This document shows positions 59,994-64,000 of a stretch of 64,000 bases of DNA, piece after piece (position 1 is the first letter of the stretch; each line of letters starts with the position of its first letter). The position numbers and the translations under genes are program-made. Under the pieces are notes generated by a model, which saw only the letters and a list, made by a program, of their open reading frames with translations, had not been told where the DNA came from and searched no databases. The stretch is from Eledone cirrhosa (taxonomy: Eukaryota), in the NCBI GenBank assembly GCA_964016885.1, contig OZ024760.1, forward strand, positions 14,942,001 to 15,006,000, written 5' to 3'.

Positions 59994-61079
59994 AGACAGA
60001 TAGGTAGATAGATAGATAGATAGATAGATATTTATCTATTTATCCATCTACCTCTTCTCTCTCTACCTATCTATCTATCTCCCTCCCCCCTCTCTCTCTC
60101 TCTCGTACCTTACTTGTCCCCTTTTTTTCTCTTTTCTCTCTCCACTTCCCCCTCCTGCAAATGTTCCTTTCTCTCCTCCTCTTGCTCCTCCCTCTAACAT
60201 CTCTCTCTCTCTCTATCTCTCTCTCTCTCTCCACCCCTCTCACCCTCTCTCCTCTACCTCACTCCACCATACTCCCACATCTTCCACACTCACCCTTCTC
60301 CTCTTCCATCTCCACCCCCACCTCCTACACCACTCAATCGTCCTTCTACCTCATCCTCACTCTCTCCACCTCACCTCACCCTCTCTTTCCACCACTTCAC
60401 CCACTCTCTCTCTCTCTCTTCCCCTTCACTTTCTTCCCCTCCCCCCTCTCTCACGCCCCCTCCCCTCCCCCCACCTCATTCCCCCTCACCTCGCCTTCCC
60501 CCCGCGCCTCCCCCCTCCTATATCCACAGTCAACATTGTGTGTATGTTACACAACCTGATGTGAATACTAAACAGCCAGAATCTGATGGAGCCGAGAAGA
60601 CAGAACCAGAAACAAGATCGATAGAAGCACCAATCAATATTTACCTTTAACACTATTGATTGATGGGGCCATACCTTTACTGAGTTCGAATCCCACAACG
60701 GTAGGATCTACCTTTAATTAATTCCGAGGTCGATATTTACCAATCTACATTTACCTTTTACAGTATTTTACGGGCAGAACTAACAGGTAGGAGACCCAGG
60801 GGTAGACCCAAGGGAGACCCAGGGGTAGATCTAGAGGGAGACCCTGGGGAAGACCCATGCTTATGTGCATGTGTGTGTTTGTGCGCATGTGGGTGTGGTG
60901 TGTGGGTGTATGGATGTGTGTGCTTGTGTTTGTGTGGGTAGTGGGGCGAGGTAATGGGTGATGGTGGGAGTAGTTGGGTGAGTGAACGAGGGAGGGTGGG
61001 TGAAGGTGTAGGTAGTTGGGTGGGTGAATGAGGGAGGGTGGAGTGGGTGAAAGTGTGGGTAATTTGGTGTGGTGGTGGT

Positions 61080-61370
61080 GGGTGAACGAGGGTGGGGTTG
61101 GAGTAGTGTCTGAATGAAGGTGGGGTGGGAGAAGGTGTGGTGGTGGTGGGTGAACGCAGGTGGGGCTGGAGTAGTGTCTGAATGAAGGTGGGGTGGGAGA
61201 AGGTGTGGAGTAGTGGGTGAACGAGGGTGGGGCTGGAGTAGTGTCTGAATGAAGGTGGGGTGGGAGAAGGTGTGGAGTAGTGGGTGAACGAGGGTGGGGC
61301 TGGAGTAGTGTCTGAATGAAGGTGGGGTGGGAGAAGGTGTGGAGTAGTGGGTGAACGAGGGTGGGGTGTG
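61080..61370 (+). repeat. G-rich ~67-bp minisatellite (~4.3 copies)
   Basis: Unit gggtgaacgagggtggggctggagtagtgtctgaatgaaggtggggtgggagaaggtgtggagtagt. Confidence 0.85.
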
Positions 61371-61525
61371 AGAAGGGTTTAACATAAATGCTTTTACTTC
61401 TCCCTCAACGATACTTTCTCGATGTCTTACAATGTCAAAGTGCCACACCTACAGGTAAATGTAGGTATATCTGCTGGGCGGAAACACCTTGGTAACACCT
61501 GAATATTCACACACGCACACACACA

Positions 61526-61644
<119 letters not shown>

Positions 61645-61709
61645 TTCTTTATATATATATAAATCTTTATATATATATATATATATAAAGAAATATAGAT
61701 ATATTTCTT

Positions 61710-61763
<54 letters not shown>

Positions 61764-61837
61764 CATACATGCATACATACACATATATACACATATATGT
61801 ATATACACATATATGCATACATACACATATATACACA

Positions 61838-61895
<58 letters not shown>

Positions 61896-61942
61896 GATAT
61901 ACATACATACATGCATACATGCATAAAACCTGCATACATACA

Positions 61943-61976
<34 letters not shown>

Positions 61977-62096
61977 CATACATACATATATGCATATATA
62001 TCCCTATACACACACGCTGGGGTAAGGACTGTCTAGAAGAACTATTGGTGAGGTAAAGAAAGGTTGCTAAGGTTATGGTAAGAGAGAGAGTGGGAC

Positions 62097-62146
<50 letters not shown>

Positions 62147-62389
62147 TCACTGACAGATAGATAGATATATAAAGAGTGAGAAAGAGAGAGAGGAGAAGAG
62201 AGAGAGAGTGAGGGAGAGAGAGTGAGAGAGAGAGGGGGGTGGAGTGGCAGAAAGCTGGCCTGTAATACAAACAAGAACCAATTGGAGAATAAGACGGTTG
62301 AAATGAGGCAGACTATCATAAACTATGGAAACACATTGGGACAACAATAACTGAAAGAAGACGCATGAATGTTTTATAGCTGTATGTGA

Positions 62390-62494
<105 letters not shown>

Positions 62495-62611
62495 TGTGTG
62501 TGTGTGTGTGTTTTGTACTAAATCGCACTGTTAAACGTTAATGATAAAATTGTTATCAATTGTCGAACACATTAAAATTCATAAGATACATATACGCAAG
62601 TGTATATGGAT

Positions 62612-62704
<93 letters not shown>

Positions 62705-62769
62705 TGTATATTATATATATAAAAAGATATATTTATATACATGTATATATACATACATATATATATATA

Positions 62770-62819
<50 letters not shown>

Positions 62820-62827
62820 TATATATA

Positions 62828-62897
<70 letters not shown>

Positions 62898-62971
62898 ATA
62901 TATATATATGTGTGTGTTTATATATATATATAAACTAGATAGGTAGATAGATACATAGATAGATAAATAAA

Positions 62972-63010
<39 letters not shown>

Positions 63011-63268
63011 TGTGAAGCAATTCAGACTTTATTGAGCTTCATTGCAAAGTAGTGCAAGTCATATAATGATTAAATGTTTGTGTATTTATGTAAGATGTAG
63101 AATATATTTTGTTAGCCAAGTTGACATCTAGGAGACAGCTTGACTTCCACAACAGAAACATCGAGAAAGATATCTTTATATACATATATATATATGTGTG
63201 TGCATGGATATGTACATATGTATATATATATATTGTATACTGTATATATAATATATATATATATATAC

Positions 63269-63416
<148 letters not shown>

Positions 63417-63457
63417 GTATATATATTATGTATATATATATATATATATATATTATG

Positions 63458-63490
<33 letters not shown>

Positions 63491-63585
63491 TATGTATATA
63501 TATATATTCCTTCCCCCTCTTTCGATATCACTCCGGTTTTCTTTCACTTCATTTCCGTTTCCGGTTTTATTCATCGCCAGATTCC

Positions 63586-63631
<46 letters not shown>

Positions 63632-63791
63632 CACTCAATACATTTTAGGATCCTTTATATATATCCATATATATCCATATATATCTATATCTATCTTTAG
63701 AATTAATAAAAACCAATTATTCAAAGCATAATACAAATTATATTTGAGAAACACAAATAAGATAAAGAAATATTTACCTATTTGATTAGAG

Positions 63792-64000
63792 CAGACATGG
63801 GCAACCTTTTTCTAGAAGCGGGCCGCATGAGATATGGCTCATCACCAGGCGGGCCGCAAGTGCTAATTTACATTGGTGCCGACATTAAAAAAAAACGGTG
63901 GTAACTCAGGTTGCTTTGATTTGTTTCTTCAGAATTCGTACACATTGTTTTCCTGGATCGTAAAAAGGCTAGAAAGATAAATTACGATTGAAAAGTTGGG
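63792..64000 (+). mobile_element. Left end of a hAT-type DNA transposon, running off the window
   Basis: CAGACATGGGCAAC TIR-like start after ...TAGAG, with repeated subterminal GCGGGCCGCA motifs. Confidence 0.55.

Overview
Eukaryotic, repeat-saturated genomic DNA. The SINE and microsatellite style suggests an octopod cephalopod (inference). Most of the window is (TA)n, (CA)n, (GATA)n and trinucleotide repeats, which account for almost every ORF in the track. The only host coding sequence I can support is the terminal exon (20148-21142, +) of a DMA-domain Dmrt (doublesex/mab-3-related) transcription factor; its DM-domain exon is not visible in the window. Dispersed elements include tRNA-derived SINEs, RTE and Tx1/L1 LINE 3' fragments, a Helitron-like element, and piggyBac-, Tc1- and hAT-type ends. 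The most striking signal is about 20 short (60-300 bp) non-coding elements in at least four unrelated sequence families, nearly all embedded in (TA)n. They share one design: a type I hammerhead ribozyme (complete or 5'-truncated), a ~60-110 nt tail, and an inverted copy of the ribozyme segment, so hammerhead motifs lie back to back on both strands. This fits Penelope-like retroelement pseudo-LTRs or non-autonomous retrozyme-like derivatives with a preference for (TA)n. Ribozyme activity, mobility and novelty are untested.
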